64,000 nt of DNA. Source: Chara braunii (Eukaryota; Plantae; Charophyceae). Shown piece by piece: positions 1 to 11,619 of the stretch. The stretch spans positions 2,745,770 through 2,809,769 of the forward strand of contig BFEA01000031.1 in assembly GCA_003427395.1 (NCBI GenBank). Reading direction: 5' to 3'. The notes beneath the pieces are model-generated. The model had not been told where the DNA came from. It made no database searches and saw only the letters and a program-made list of their open reading frames with translations. The stretch's first letter is position 1; every line of letters starts with the position of its first letter. The position numbers and the translations under genes were made by a program.

Positions 1-468
1 GGAGCTCCGAAACCAATCCCAAAAACGGTGAAGGGATAAATTACAAGGTCAAGTTAACGCCGTGGTAAGAACCTATTCTGAGGTAAAATGTGATTACTTC
101 TTCTACGTCAATATTAAATTAAGTCGTTTGGCAGATACTTTTTTTTTTTTTTTTTTCATCGTAATAACCTTTCTCTGTTGTACCTCTTCTAGAGACAACC
201 TGATGACTGTGAACCAAGGGTACTCTTTGCGTTCTGTCATTCCTGTTGTAAGGTGTGTAAACCTGTCCCTCGTTGATGTGGGGAGGTATCTGCTCTGTCC
301 TGAGTCAGCAAGTGTATCAGCTCTTGTTGCCCTCTCCCTTGTCCGACCGGGATCCGTTTTGCAGCGTCCATGGAAGACCTAGGTCCCCTCCTCCCAACAC
401 CAATCTTACTCCTCCTTACCTCTCCTCTTGGCTCTCATTCCTGGTGCCTGGTATCCCTTACTCCCTTC

Positions 469-2150
469 TTTTTTTTTTTTCTTTTTTTTTTTTGTGGTGG
501 TAAGAGAACCACCGGGATTGAGGCTTTGCCTGGCGGGCCGTTGGTGGGGAGCAACACCTGCTGGAAACCGGGTCCAGCGTCCCTTAAATACATCATTGCG
601 AAACAGAACATCTTGAAAGTGACGCCATTGTACTGGAAACCGGGTCCAGTGTCCCATATCCGTCCAATCTACTCTTCCGTACCTCTCCTGCAGCAGGGTC
701 GGGTATTGTGGGGAGAAACACTGGGGGGCACCAGTGGGGTCTCCCTCCCTCCCCTAGCCTCTGCCATCCACCTACTTATCCTCATGGCGCCTATTGTGTC
801 TTTGCACTCTGCAGGCATGCATTTTGAAAAATCCAAAGCAACAGAAAAAGGCTGAAATGAGCTGCACTGAAATCAGCTGAGAAGTATACTGAACCTGCTG
901 GAAAACGGGTCCAGCGTCCCTTAAATGCTACTTTATAAACAATCATCTTTTGAAGTGGCGTGTGCCGCATTTTTTTTATTTTTTTTAACTTGTCCAAAGC
1001 CTCTATCGGGCTACTCCATCGGTCTCATGCGACTTGCAGTTTTTCTGCTAAGGACAGCGGGTGGGGTGGGAAAGGGTCTGCAAAGTCCTGAGCAGGTCGT
1101 AGCGGGGTGCCGGGATCAATCGTGGTCCAATCGTGAAAGATCAGCTGGTAGTCTCTGACTATCTCTGTCCGGGGTTCTCCCTGCGATTCCCTTTCAGGTT
1201 GGCGGCCAGTCCATTTAACCTCGGCCACCCATCCCTCCCTCTCTCCACCCAGCCAGTCCTTGCTGAATGTAGAGATGATCCTGTTCATGTCCTCCCAGGT
1301 ATACATCAGGTCGAGCTTGTCTTTAGCTGTCTTCCATTGGGCCGCTATCTCGTGTTGGACCAATGTTCGGATTTGCTCCATGGCCTCGCCGTCTTCCACC
1401 GTCGCCCCCTCTATCGCAAGACAGCATCTTGTCCACCATATAGTCCACAGGACACTCCGTCTGCCTAGGTTGAACATGTTTTCCTCAAATGTCTTCCACC
1501 GGATTGGAGGGTAATACCCCAAGAGTAGGGCCCTCCAGTCCCATGGCCAGACTGCACCAGGCACTATGCGACGCCAGATCCTGTCCCAACTTCTCCATAA
1601 TAGCACTGATGCAGGACATTGGAGGAATATATGTTCGATAGTCTCAACCCTCCTCCTCCCCGGGTAGCTCAGGAGACATTTATGGCACCATGGTAGTGCC
1701 TTCCCCTGTTGTTCCAGGCGGGTATGGTCTATCAGCCAATCGTTGGTTGGTAGACACCTGTGCTCTATTTGCCACTGGACGGCGGAGATTTTAGCGGGTC
1801 TTTTGCTGTAGTGTGCAAACCACCGGATGGGTTTCAGTAGACTGCAGTCTATATTGAGGTGGCGATACCATCTGTCTTCTACCCGGTCACGTAATCTACA
1901 TTTGGGTCTGAGCATTCGATACGCAGATTTAGATTTTAAGTTGCGTAGTGTCAGTGCTTTTGCCTCTCCCTTCCTGGTTGGGATGTTCAGGGTCCATTGC
2001 CACTCATCAGGGTCCAGGGGGAGGTCCTCGATTGGAGTCATTGGGCGATACGCCCTCTGGTGACCTCCCTCGTCAATGACCCTGATGCGATAAACATCCC
2101 TTTGCTCCTTCCATATGAAGGGTTGATGGTTACAACTCAGTCTGTCATCG
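469..2150 (-). mobile_element. 5'-truncated L1/Tx1-like LINE (inner element)
   Basis: Poly-T at about 469-493. Exact 19-bp TSD GGTATCCCTTACTCCCTTC at 450-468 and 2151-2169. Contains ORF2 C-terminus. Confidence 0.9.
1025..2041 (-). pseudogene. LINE ORF2 C-terminal fragment with zf-RVT-like CCHC motif
   Basis: 338-aa open frame with HRCLPTND, WCHKC...ETIEHIFLQC and LWTIWWTRC, typical of the post-RT region of L1-clade ORF2. RT itself is lost by truncation. Confidence 0.85.
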
Positions 2151-2487
2151 GGTATCCCTTACTCCCTTCAACTCAGCTGCCTCTCTGTTGCAGGCACAGT
2201 CTGGGTTCTCCTGCCTGTCTCTGAATTGTGCTAGTCTTTCCAGTAAATCCAGTTGTTCCGTAGCTCAGCCACCTTACCGTCCACTAACCACAGCCTGTTG
2301 AACTTTTTCCTAGTCCTTTCTCGCAGGTCCTCGTCTTTAGGCATCGCCTGCTTTAACTTCTGCCATCTGCAGAGAATTTTAGCCTGTAGCATGGTTCTCG
2401 TCTCCACCCAGACCTTCTCTCTTGGGTTGGACAACCCCTTCGATGGCAGATACTTTGCGGGTTGTTGAAAGAAAACTTAGGAAAGAA

Positions 2488-2662
2488 GGGATGCAGATGG
2501 GATGGGATTGGAATGAAGGGTATAGATGAGGATGGGATAGGAATGGGATGTGCATTACACGAGGCGGGAAGGGGGTGGGGAGGAGGGGGTGCGGAGGGGG
2601 GATAGAAAAGCATGGGAGTGAGAGACTATGGATGGAATGGGATGGAATGGGATGGAGATGGG
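2488..2662. repeat. Degenerate (GGATG)n low-complexity tract; a similar tract lies at about 4460-4752
   Basis: Visible GGGATG/GGAAT repeats. Confidence 0.8.
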
Positions 2663-2689
2663 CTTGGTTTTGTTTGCATCACACTGGAT

Positions 2690-4440
2690 CTACCCTCCAC
2701 AGAAGCGAACTGGCGATCTTGGGCTCAACAGCTAGATGCCTTAACCACCGCAGCAGTGAGCCAATGTTTAGTATTTAAACCGTATGATATCGACCCACCC
2801 CTGCATGTTTGCAGTATTTCAACAGTGATCCAATGTTTAGCATTTAAATCGTATGATATCAACCCACCTCTGCACGTTTGCAGTATTTCCCACATGGCAT
2901 CGTCCGGGACCCTGCTACAGGGCATAGCCCTTAGCACGTAGCCACCAAGTCCAGGTACGATTTCCTGGCCAGTTACGATGCAGCATCAAATCTTGGATCG
3001 ATCCTGCAGGGATTCGAACCCTCGACCTTGATTTTAACATCCAGACGCCTCAACAACTGCAACCATGACAAAGTGCTCAGAAGTCCGACCATATGGCAAA
3101 CGATATCCAACCTACCCTGCATGGTTGCAGTACAAACACACACTTTCCCCACACGGTATTCTCAGAGACCCTCCTACAGGACATAGCCACCAAGTCCAAA
3201 TATGATTTCCTGGCCAGTTACCACGCAGAAGCCTTGTTTTTTTGTCTTTGGTATCACATTTAGATTGACCCTGCAAAGAATAGAAGCGGGGATCTCAGGC
3301 TCAACCACCAGTACGTTTCCCAGCCATTTTTCTCCGAAGCGGCATGCATACAGCCGCAAGTTTTGGGGGCCGGCCTACCGGAGAAAACTGGCTGGCGGCA
3401 CCAGCTAAAGGAAGGCTCGCTCATGCTGGTGTTTTTTTTTATGGTGCCCATTGCAAGTCGAGGCTCAGAAAGGGAAGGGTCAAAAGTACTGGTGATTTAA
3501 CCACTGCAAGTGCCACGAAGTCGCCCAGTGCAAGTCGAGGCTCGGCAAGGGAAGGGTCAAAAGTACTGGTGTTTTAAGCACTGCAAGTGGCGCCACCAGC
3601 TAAAGGAAGGCTCGCTCGTGCTGGTGTTCTTTTTCATGGTGCCCAGTGCAAGTCCAGGCTCAGCAAGGGAAGGGTCGAAAGTACTGGTGTTCAAGAGTGG
3701 AACCATGCCGGTAATGATATCCGCTAGGGTCGAAAGTACTGGTGTTCAAGAGTGGAACCATACCGGTAATGATATCCGCTCCATCCCTGCGAGGTTGCAA
3801 CGCCACAACACACACGGTCCAGACAGCCATGCAAGGAATCGAAGCGGCAATCTGGGACTCAGCAGCCGGACGCCTTAACCGCTGCAACCATCACACAGTG
3901 TCCAAGAGGGCCATACCGGTAATGATATCCACCAATCCCCTGCAAGGTCGAAGCACTTTCCCCACACAGCATCCTCCGAGACCCTGCTAGTGCGTGGCCA
4001 CCAAATCTGTCCGGGTATATTTCCTGGCCAGTTACCATGCATCCTCCCACTTCGTCCAGTCGTTCTCAACATACCTGCACGAAACGGCCCAAACACTTCG
4101 TGTCCGGGGATCGACCATGCAAGGACTCGAACCATTGATCTCGGGCTCAAAAGCTATAAATGCCGTGTATTCAGTACCAGAGCTCTACAACCGTGACTGT
4201 GTATTCAGTACCAGAGCTCTACGGCTACTGATATCAAACACCCCTGCACTTTGCAGTATGAACACACACTTTCCCCACACAGCATCCTCTGAGACCCTCC
4301 TACAAGGCATACCCGTTAGCACGTAGCTACCCAAGTCCAGGTATGATTTCCTGGCCAGTTACCACACAGAAAGCATTGCTTTTTATTTTTTTCGCACACG
4401 GATCGACCCTGCAAGGAATCGAACTGGCAAAAGTGGACCC
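2690..4440 (-). repeat. Degenerate satellite containing tRNA-like modules
   Basis: CCACCAAGTCCAGGTAYGATTTCCTGGCCAGTTAC-like block recurs near 2942, 3188, 3998 and 4329. tRNA-like segments on - near 3007-3066 and 3830-3891 (D-loop-like GGTTAAGGCG and B-box-like GGTTCGAATCC). Confidence 0.7.
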
Positions 4441-5242
4441 ATGCCGTAATGACATCCCCAGGGATGGTAGGGGATGGTCTATGGGAGGGGAGGGGATGGG
4501 GATGGGGATGAGGTGGAAAAGGATGGGGGCGGAAGACGATGGATGGAATGGGGTGGGGTGGGGTGGGGTGGGGAACGATGGATGATATGGGAATCCGATG
4601 GGGATCGGGATCAGGTGGAGAGGGGATGAATAGGGATGAGGATCGGAATTCGAGGGGATGGGGATGGGACGGGAAAGGGATGAGGATGAGAGTGTGATAG
4701 GTTGTAATGGGTTGGGATTGTGATGGGATGGGCTGTAGGGATGGAAGGGGGGCCATGTCAGTGTGGGAGAAAGAGAAAGAGAGAGAGACAGAGAGAGACA
4801 CAGAGAAGAAGAAAGAGGGCTCGCACTTGAGTTTGGCGTGAGCCCTTGGTTGCAGTTCACAATATTGAGAGAGAAAAAAAAAACAGATTCGAATCGGACA
4901 CCCATGGCCTCTGCTACCTTCCCTCTCCCTCCTCTTTTTCCCCGTGCTGAGCATTTGCCCCGTCCCTCTTCTTTTCGTCGTCTTTCATAACCTCCCCCAT
5001 CACCGCTTCCTTCTCGGTCTTCTCCTCTTCATTTTCTTCTCCTCCTTTCTCCTTCCGTTCTGTCGTTCTCTCTCTTCTTCTTTCCCTTCTCTGTACTCCT
5101 GCTTTCCTTGCCCGATGCATTTCTCCTCCTCTTCTTAACCCCTCCTCCTCTCGTTCCTCCTTCTTCTCGTCTATCTCTCTTCTAATGAAGCCCACCTCCT
5201 CGGCCACATTGGACCCTCCTCCTCTCCTTTGACAATTCCGTG

Positions 5243-5244
<2 letters not shown>

Positions 5245-5324
<80 letters not shown>

Positions 5325-5888
5325 GCCACCTCTTCTGCTGCCTGTCCTCAATCTCCATCTCTAGTCCGATCCCTTCGTCTCCCACCTCTGCTCTGCTTCC
5401 TTCCTGCCCACTTCTCTCTACACTCCTTTTCTCCTCTTTCTCCGTTCTTTCTGGTGTCTACACCATCCCTCGATCTCCTCTCCTACATCGATCATCAGCG
5501 TCATCAGCGTCATCAGCGTCCCCTGTGCAGGGACTTTATATATCACCATTATTACTGTATATCACTGTATTATTAAGCTCTCAGGGCTGTTACTACCTCG
5601 CCAACGTCTCTCTCATTCTTGTTCAGTATTTAATCTAGTACTCCTGTTTCTTTTTATTCAGTTCGTAAAGAAACCATCTTTATGCTCATCCCATCATTAT
5701 CACCTAATTTACCATTTCAACAGTATTCACTTGACTGACGCTGGTGCCAAAGCTTTACCTTTCAGCCTCCTCCTCCTCCTCCTCCTCCTCCTCCTCCTCC
5801 TTCTCCTCTGCGGCCGTGTGCAAGTTGACATCCTTATGGCTTACAGATTTTGCCTTAGTTGTCGCCTATGCTTCACTTCCTTATCCCG

Positions 5889-5956
<68 letters not shown>

Positions 5957-6920
5957 GATTGATTGATTGAGTGAGTGAGTGAGTGAGTGAGTGAGTGAGT
6001 GAATGATTGAGTGAGTGAGTGAGTGAGTGAGTGAGTGAGTGAGTGAGTGAGTGAGTGATCTGCTTCTCTGATTGGTTGATCAAACAGGCCAAGATCCCAA
6101 TTGATTAATTTTAGCAGACCGTTCTTGACGCATAGGTAGGCGGGTAATTGATAAGAAAACAGGATGGCTGATGACTAAGGTTGGGTTAGTAGCTGATTAA
6201 TCGGCTTTCCCCACGGCCCTTTCCCCCGGCCTTCAGTTGTCTGATTGATTTAGCCATTGGCTGATTGACTGATTGCTTGATCGATTTCTGATTGTCGACT
6301 TCTGATTGATTTCTGATTCATAGCCTCGTAGGTAGATTTGTTTTGCTAGCTTGATTGATTGGTATGGGACTCCTGTGGCTCACTCCTGGTCGGTTTACTA
6401 CTCGTTGATTGATCAGCTAGTTCATTGATCGAGGATTTGACTTGCTTTGACTGATTGGTTGATTGATCGATGGGTCGAGTGAGCATATGATTGATCGATG
6501 GATCGAGTGAACAGGCGGTTGATTAAGTCAGAGTGCAATTGACGTTTGATCGATTGGTTGATTGATTGGCTGATTGATTGATTGATTGATTGATTGACTA
6601 ATTGATTGATTGCTCGAATCGATCGGTCGATCGATGGTTGATTGGCTAAGTGAGCGATTGATTAGATTGGACTAACTGATTTATCAGTTGGTTATTGATT
6701 GATTAGTTGGCCTCTAAATGCCCGATTGGCCTCAATTAGATCAGTATTATCAGTATACAAAACGACTGCGCAATCAATTGCTTGCATGCTTTCTTGACAG
6801 GTTAAGTATCTGGTTGCCTGTTGATTGGTCGATTGAGTGGCCGAGTCTTTACTGAATTGGTTGATTGGTGGCTCGTTTGATTAGTCATTAATTAGTTCAT
6901 GGGTTCATATTGTTGTTTGA
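5245..6920. repeat. Simple-repeat block: (CT)n 5245-5321 and 5891-5952, (GAGT)n to about 6057, then (GATT)-rich tract
   Basis: Direct inspection. Confidence 0.9.
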
Positions 6921-7408
6921 TTGGGGTCCTCCTCAAGCAAGGACGACAACATCGTTGCCTATGGCTTTGGGACCTTAACTTTTCGGTCGTAAAAAAAGAG
7001 AAGAAAGGAGACATAGCTCCGAGTATTCTGTAACGAACAGGATTCGATCTCCTGATCGAATATCTTTATGTTTCTCAAAGAGGATTCGATGTCCTGATCG
7101 ATCTCCTGATCGAATATCTTTATCGCTTCTCCACATATGTGTACCTCTCAGCCACTACCAGTAGGCTGAGCATTCCGAAGCTGCCTGGTTTTCCTCTTTC
7201 TCAAATGAGGGCTCATTTCACACATGGACTTTTTCCAACTGAATCTGGCCGCGTTTTCCAGATCCATTCGTGCAAAGTCCTTGTGGTAGTACCAGCCAGG
7301 GGGATCGTCATCACGGTGGTCGCCTTCGTCCATGCCTCTCCGTCCTTCATACTTTCTTTCTTCCCCGCCCCCCCACCATTTCCATGCGATGCGAGAACGT
7401 GAGCAAGT

Positions 7409-7443
<35 letters not shown>

Positions 7444-8064
7444 CGCTGTTTAATGTGGACATTTTCTTGCTTGCGTGCACGAGAGCAGCTTGGCCATTGC
7501 TTGTCACTATTCTTTTTCCTTTTCTCTTTTCCCTTTTCTTTTCTTTGTTTCCTTTTCGATTTCGATCTTGTACACGATAAGCCGCGATCGCGATCGATCT
7601 CTATTGGTCGTGGAAATCTCGACGCAAAACGAGGCATCGTGGGGGGGTGGGGGGTGGGGGTGAGGGGGGGGGGAAGAAAAGGAAAGGGGGTGAACAGAAT
7701 GGGGGGGGGGGGGGGGGGGGAGCATTGAGAAAGAGCCTTAGCACTACATACAACTTTCCTCCCTTCGAACTCGAATAGAACGCGTGTGAGCCTCGTTCTA
7801 TACTGCATGTGTCCTGACTTAGAAAATACCGAGCGCGCAAATCCACGACCGCCCGGCTATGCTCAAAATTGAGTTTGAGTTTGAGTTTGTAGTTTTGTGT
7901 TTGACGGCAACATATTGTCTTGGGTGACTTGGGTGACAAGCATGTTGTCTTGGGGTGACAGCACTAACCAGTTATGAAAAAGGGCAGGCAATCGGGCTCA
8001 AATTGAGGTCAGATGCATCCAGGAATCTCCGAGAGTGTGCATCGCGGTGAATGAAAATAGCACG

Positions 8065-8271
8065 CTACGCTTGCAGGGGTCCCCTGTATATCCTTAGGAG
8101 TTGTGGTGGGTAGGTAGTGAAAGGTGACACTGAGAGAAGAATACAGTATAGCTTTTTATAAAAATAAAAACAAGAAGAAAGAAAGAAGAGTGAGGTGCTA
8201 GCGGCGCCTGCTCTTACCAGCACCACTAGCACCAAAAGGGCGTTTCCCCAAAAAAAAAAAAAAAAAAAAAA
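8065..8271 (+). mobile_element. Two adjacent short retroposon 3' tails
   Basis: 8065-8180 carries GTAGGTAGTG...GAGAGAAGAATA plus an A-rich end and matches 25720-25800 in reverse. 8190-8271 (GGTGCTAG...CTGCTCTTACCAGCACCACTAGCAC plus poly-A) matches the LINE tail at 44558-44605 in reverse. Confidence 0.7.
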
Positions 8272-8289
8272 CTTATGCCCTCTGAGTTC

Positions 8290-8355
8290 TTTTTTTTCTT
8301 TTTCTTTTTTAACCATATTCTTCTCTCAATTTCACCTCACACTACCTACCTACCG
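8290..8355 (-). mobile_element. Severely 5'-truncated copy of the adjacent SINE tail
   Basis: T-rich tail plus AACCATATTCTTCTCTCAATTTCACCTCACACTACCTACCTACC. Flanked by TATGCCCTCTGAGTTC at 8274-8289 and 8356-8371. Confidence 0.75.
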
Positions 8356-8371
8356 TATGCCCTCTGAGTTC

Positions 8372-8778
8372 TTTTTTTTTTTTTTTTTTAACCATATTCT
8401 TCTCTCAATTTCACCTCACACTACCTACCTACCACTACTGCTACTTGTACGGGAACCCCGTAGCAGCCAGAACCGTGTTCACGAGAGAACATGCGGGGGC
8501 TGCTACCGACCTGCAGGTGGCCGATACCGGCCAGGGGACAGCCGGTAGCATCAGGGACCATCCCAACAGGACCAATCCCTGTGCCTCCCCTCAGGTCCCC
8601 TCCCCTACGAACATCAGCAGACTCTGCTTTAGTGCCGATAGGGGGATCCAGTGGTCTATCTCTTGGGTAGCGGGTGCCAAGTATGCCCAGGAAGGTGTAC
8701 GTGAGAACAATTGGGATTGAACCCACTACCTCCTGAATGCCACTTGCGAGCCTTACCAACTGAGCTAGGCCGCTGGAT
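8372..8778 (-). mobile_element. Full-length tRNA-derived SINE
   Basis: Head on - has an A box (TAGCTCAGTTGG) and a B box (GGTTCAATCCC) at about 8710-8772. Poly-T at 8372-8389. TSD CCCTCTGAGTTCT at 8360-8372 and 8779-8791. Confidence 0.9.
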
Positions 8779-8970
8779 CCCTCTGAGTTCTCATCCCTCT
8801 GAATTCTTACATGCATGGTGTCCTGAGCTCTCCAAGAAAAGTGACCACCCCCCCCGTGCGTAATAACTGTTGCTACACTGATCGTGAGTTCCGTTCCAAT
8901 CCCCAACTAACTCGAACTCGAATGGATACAATATTGTTCGGAGCTTGGGGGGAGCGGGCAGGGGGGGGGG

Positions 8971-10030
8971 TGTAACAAAAAGAAAGAAGGGTACTAAAAG
9001 GGACAAGGCAGAGATCCGACAGCCCATGACTCTGACAAGGCAGGCTTAGAATCCTTTTTCCTATTGGTCCAGGATCATGGCAGCCGGTTTACGGGGTCTG
9101 ATATTTCTGCTGTTGCCTCCAATTCACCCGGCCCAACTGGGTGACCAGGTTCAGCAGCATAAGCCACGGGAAAATCCGGTAAGGGATTTCCGAGGTCCAA
9201 GGCATCTATGGACCCTTCTGCCGCTAATAGGCCCATTGAGGCCCCCCTTCCAGCAGCAGTCCAGCCAGACTGTGCCCCNCATAGGGGTGGCCAGCATTGG
9301 GCCGTATCGGACGACGGAGGACGAAGGTAAAAATCCAAGGCCTGATAAGGCCTGTCCAGCGATTTACTGAGGCCGGCTATTTCAAGCAACCGTCTGGCAA
9401 GTAGAGTGTAGGTACTTTAGTCGGACGCCTCTTGAGCGTCGCATCCTGTATAAGCCATGCTTTTGTCCGTTTGTTGACGGATGGTATGCATGATTGTCAG
9501 CTTACGTTGACCTGAGTCTTCCTTTGATGTTTAACTTTTGATTGTCTTTGGGAAAAGGGACTAGGATTGATTGAGGTTTTCTTACGCTTGGAATATCACG
9601 TCCTAGTCGACCGACGTCGTTCCGATTCCTGGGAGATCAACGCCCCAGGGACGGGCGGCGTTCGGGTCCACTTGGCGTTTAACCATGCGTACCTATGCTA
9701 CAGCGAACGAGCAAACGCCCTCGGNCGNCNTACCTCTGCANTTGCATTATAAAAGCTTTCGCATGTGGGTCGGTAGCTCGGTAGGGATACGCCCCTAAGG
9801 GTGGTGACAGCCCCTTAGGGAAGGTAAGTTGTGCCCCGCGAGAACCTGTCCTGTCGTAGGGGACCGCGGGATGTACAGCTGGCGCACTTGGCCGGAGCGG
9901 TGAAGGGTTGACGCGGGTTACCGTGTCGTCCCCGAGTTGTCTCTAAAAAGGTGAAAGCCTAAGTTTCTCCTGCGTGACGCGGCCGGGAGGGCCCTCGCTC
10001 GCGCGGGGGCCCACGACTTTTTCGACTTGA
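8971..10030 (+). repeat. LTR-like non-coding repeat containing a conserved structured region; homologous to about 50050-51035 on -
   Basis: Purine tract at about 8947-8970 followed by TGTAAC. Shared blocks with the 50-51 kb copy include GTCCTAGTCGACC and CTGCGTGACGCGGCCGGGAGGG. Confidence 0.6.
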
Positions 10031-11619
10031 TGAGATGCGTTGCCAAGTTCTTTCATTCCACCGCATGCTGACTGCAAGCAAAGAAATGCGGACATCCCAA
10101 CCCTCAAGTAGAGTTAGGATCACACTGTTCTAGCGATGACGTCACTACCTTTCTAACTTTGGTGTGAATGTCATTTGCAAGTAGTCCGGCTACCACTATA
10201 CGAGTCAGTACTCGACTTGAACGACCGAATGTTGAATGCCTCATTAAGGTCAAGGATCCATTTTCAAATTTTGTTGGTCGCTTTGTCCTCCTGAGCAATG
10301 ATTACTTTTTCTGTTTCACGAGTGATGAAATACCAGTCCGCGATATAAAGATATTCCAGGCAATGCTTTAGTTACATTCTTTTGTCAACTAGCCTGATTA
10401 CCCCAGGCTTGCACTTCTTATGGTGCAACCCTATCCACGAGGGTAGTGCCAACACGCACTTTGTCCATAGCTAGTGAAAGCACGAACTGGGCTTCTTATG
10501 GCACCAGTTCTCCATTCGTCCGTGGCTCCTAAAACGGCCACTAGAAGGGTAAACTATAGTGGTCCTTCTTAACGTGAGCCGCCAAGAACTTAACGCCTTC
10601 TGTGAATAGCACACGTCCATCCCCTAGCAGGTGGTCTGGGATACCCCTCGTCCTCGCCCGAGCGAACCTCGGATCTCAGAAGTCGGGCTGGCTCCACCAC
10701 GACAGCATGGTATCCCCCCGCCTAAGCGGTCCACTCCGAGTCATTAACAGGGTCGGCCCCTAAGGCAACGAGCCCCCGCCTCAGATGCCCCGTAGGGAAA
10801 GGAAATGCACTTACTACAGCAGATGGTCAACCCTTTATCGCCTGACATCAAGGGCGAACCTAGACGAAGAAGGAGATCACAGAGAAGAAAAACATTCAGA
10901 TGGAAGGGCATAGACAAAGGGGGTCATTCAAGAAAGAATGAGTAACCTCGGGAAAAATTTATGTCCGATTCACTTCTTCCCCTTTGTGTGATCGCTCCGT
11001 TTCTCGTCGTCTACTGTCTTCCCATCCCTTCAGCACACACATAAGTGAGTGACAAAAAAACCATCATCATCCCTTCGCTTCCGCGCCATGATCAGATCTC
11101 TCCCTTTTTTTTTTTCTTTTTCTTTTTTCTTTTTCAGGCAGTTGTCGTCTTACCTGCACATCGGATCAGACAAACAAATCCAAAACCAACACGATGCAAA
11201 CCCATCCTCAAGTCAGGCTCTCATTCACACGCGCATGCACACATCTCCTCTACCTTTTCAATGAACGCTCAAAGAACAGGGTCAAGCAAGTGCGGGTTCA
11301 CACAGGCGTGAAGAGGACCGGGTCAGGCTAACTGACCTTGAGTGAAGCTGAACCAAAGATAGCAAACGGCCCACTCAAGAAAGCCGTATAAACCACACCC
11401 CAAATGAGAAGATCGTCGCAGTAAGCTGTCAGAAAAGTGATCCACACCACTCCCTCAAGGATCGCCCACTGACACACAACCCCCTCAGTATCTCAGCACT
11501 GTCACCACTTGCGACCAGTACCACTATGCCACCACTGTATCGAAGCATCGCCGCCGCAATATGCGGACAACACAACGTCAACACCACATAAAAACACACC
11601 CCCTCTTAATGACATCCCT

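Larger units (their letters stand above)
142..2443 (-). mobile_element. 5'-truncated LINE (outer element), interrupted in its 3' UTR by a second LINE
   Basis: Poly-T at about 139-157 (poly-A tail on -). TSD TGGCAGATACTTT at 129-141 and 2444-2456. ORF2-like C-terminus on - at 2231-2434 (...KKFNRLWLVDGKVAELRNNWIYWKD*). Confidence 0.8.

Noticed and set aside
2940-2980. U1 snRNA 5'-end similarity (ATACCTGGAC on -)
   Set aside because: Match too short and the rest of U1 is not recognisable.
4316-6092. ORFs in low-complexity DNA
   Set aside because: Produced by GGATG, CT and GAGT repeats.
8710-8778. Functional tRNA gene
   Set aside because: Poor acceptor stem; attached to a body, poly-A and TSD, so it is a SINE head.
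9560-10010. Group I or group II intron assignment
   Set aside because: No P/Q/R/S elements and no domain V catalytic hairpin found by eye.
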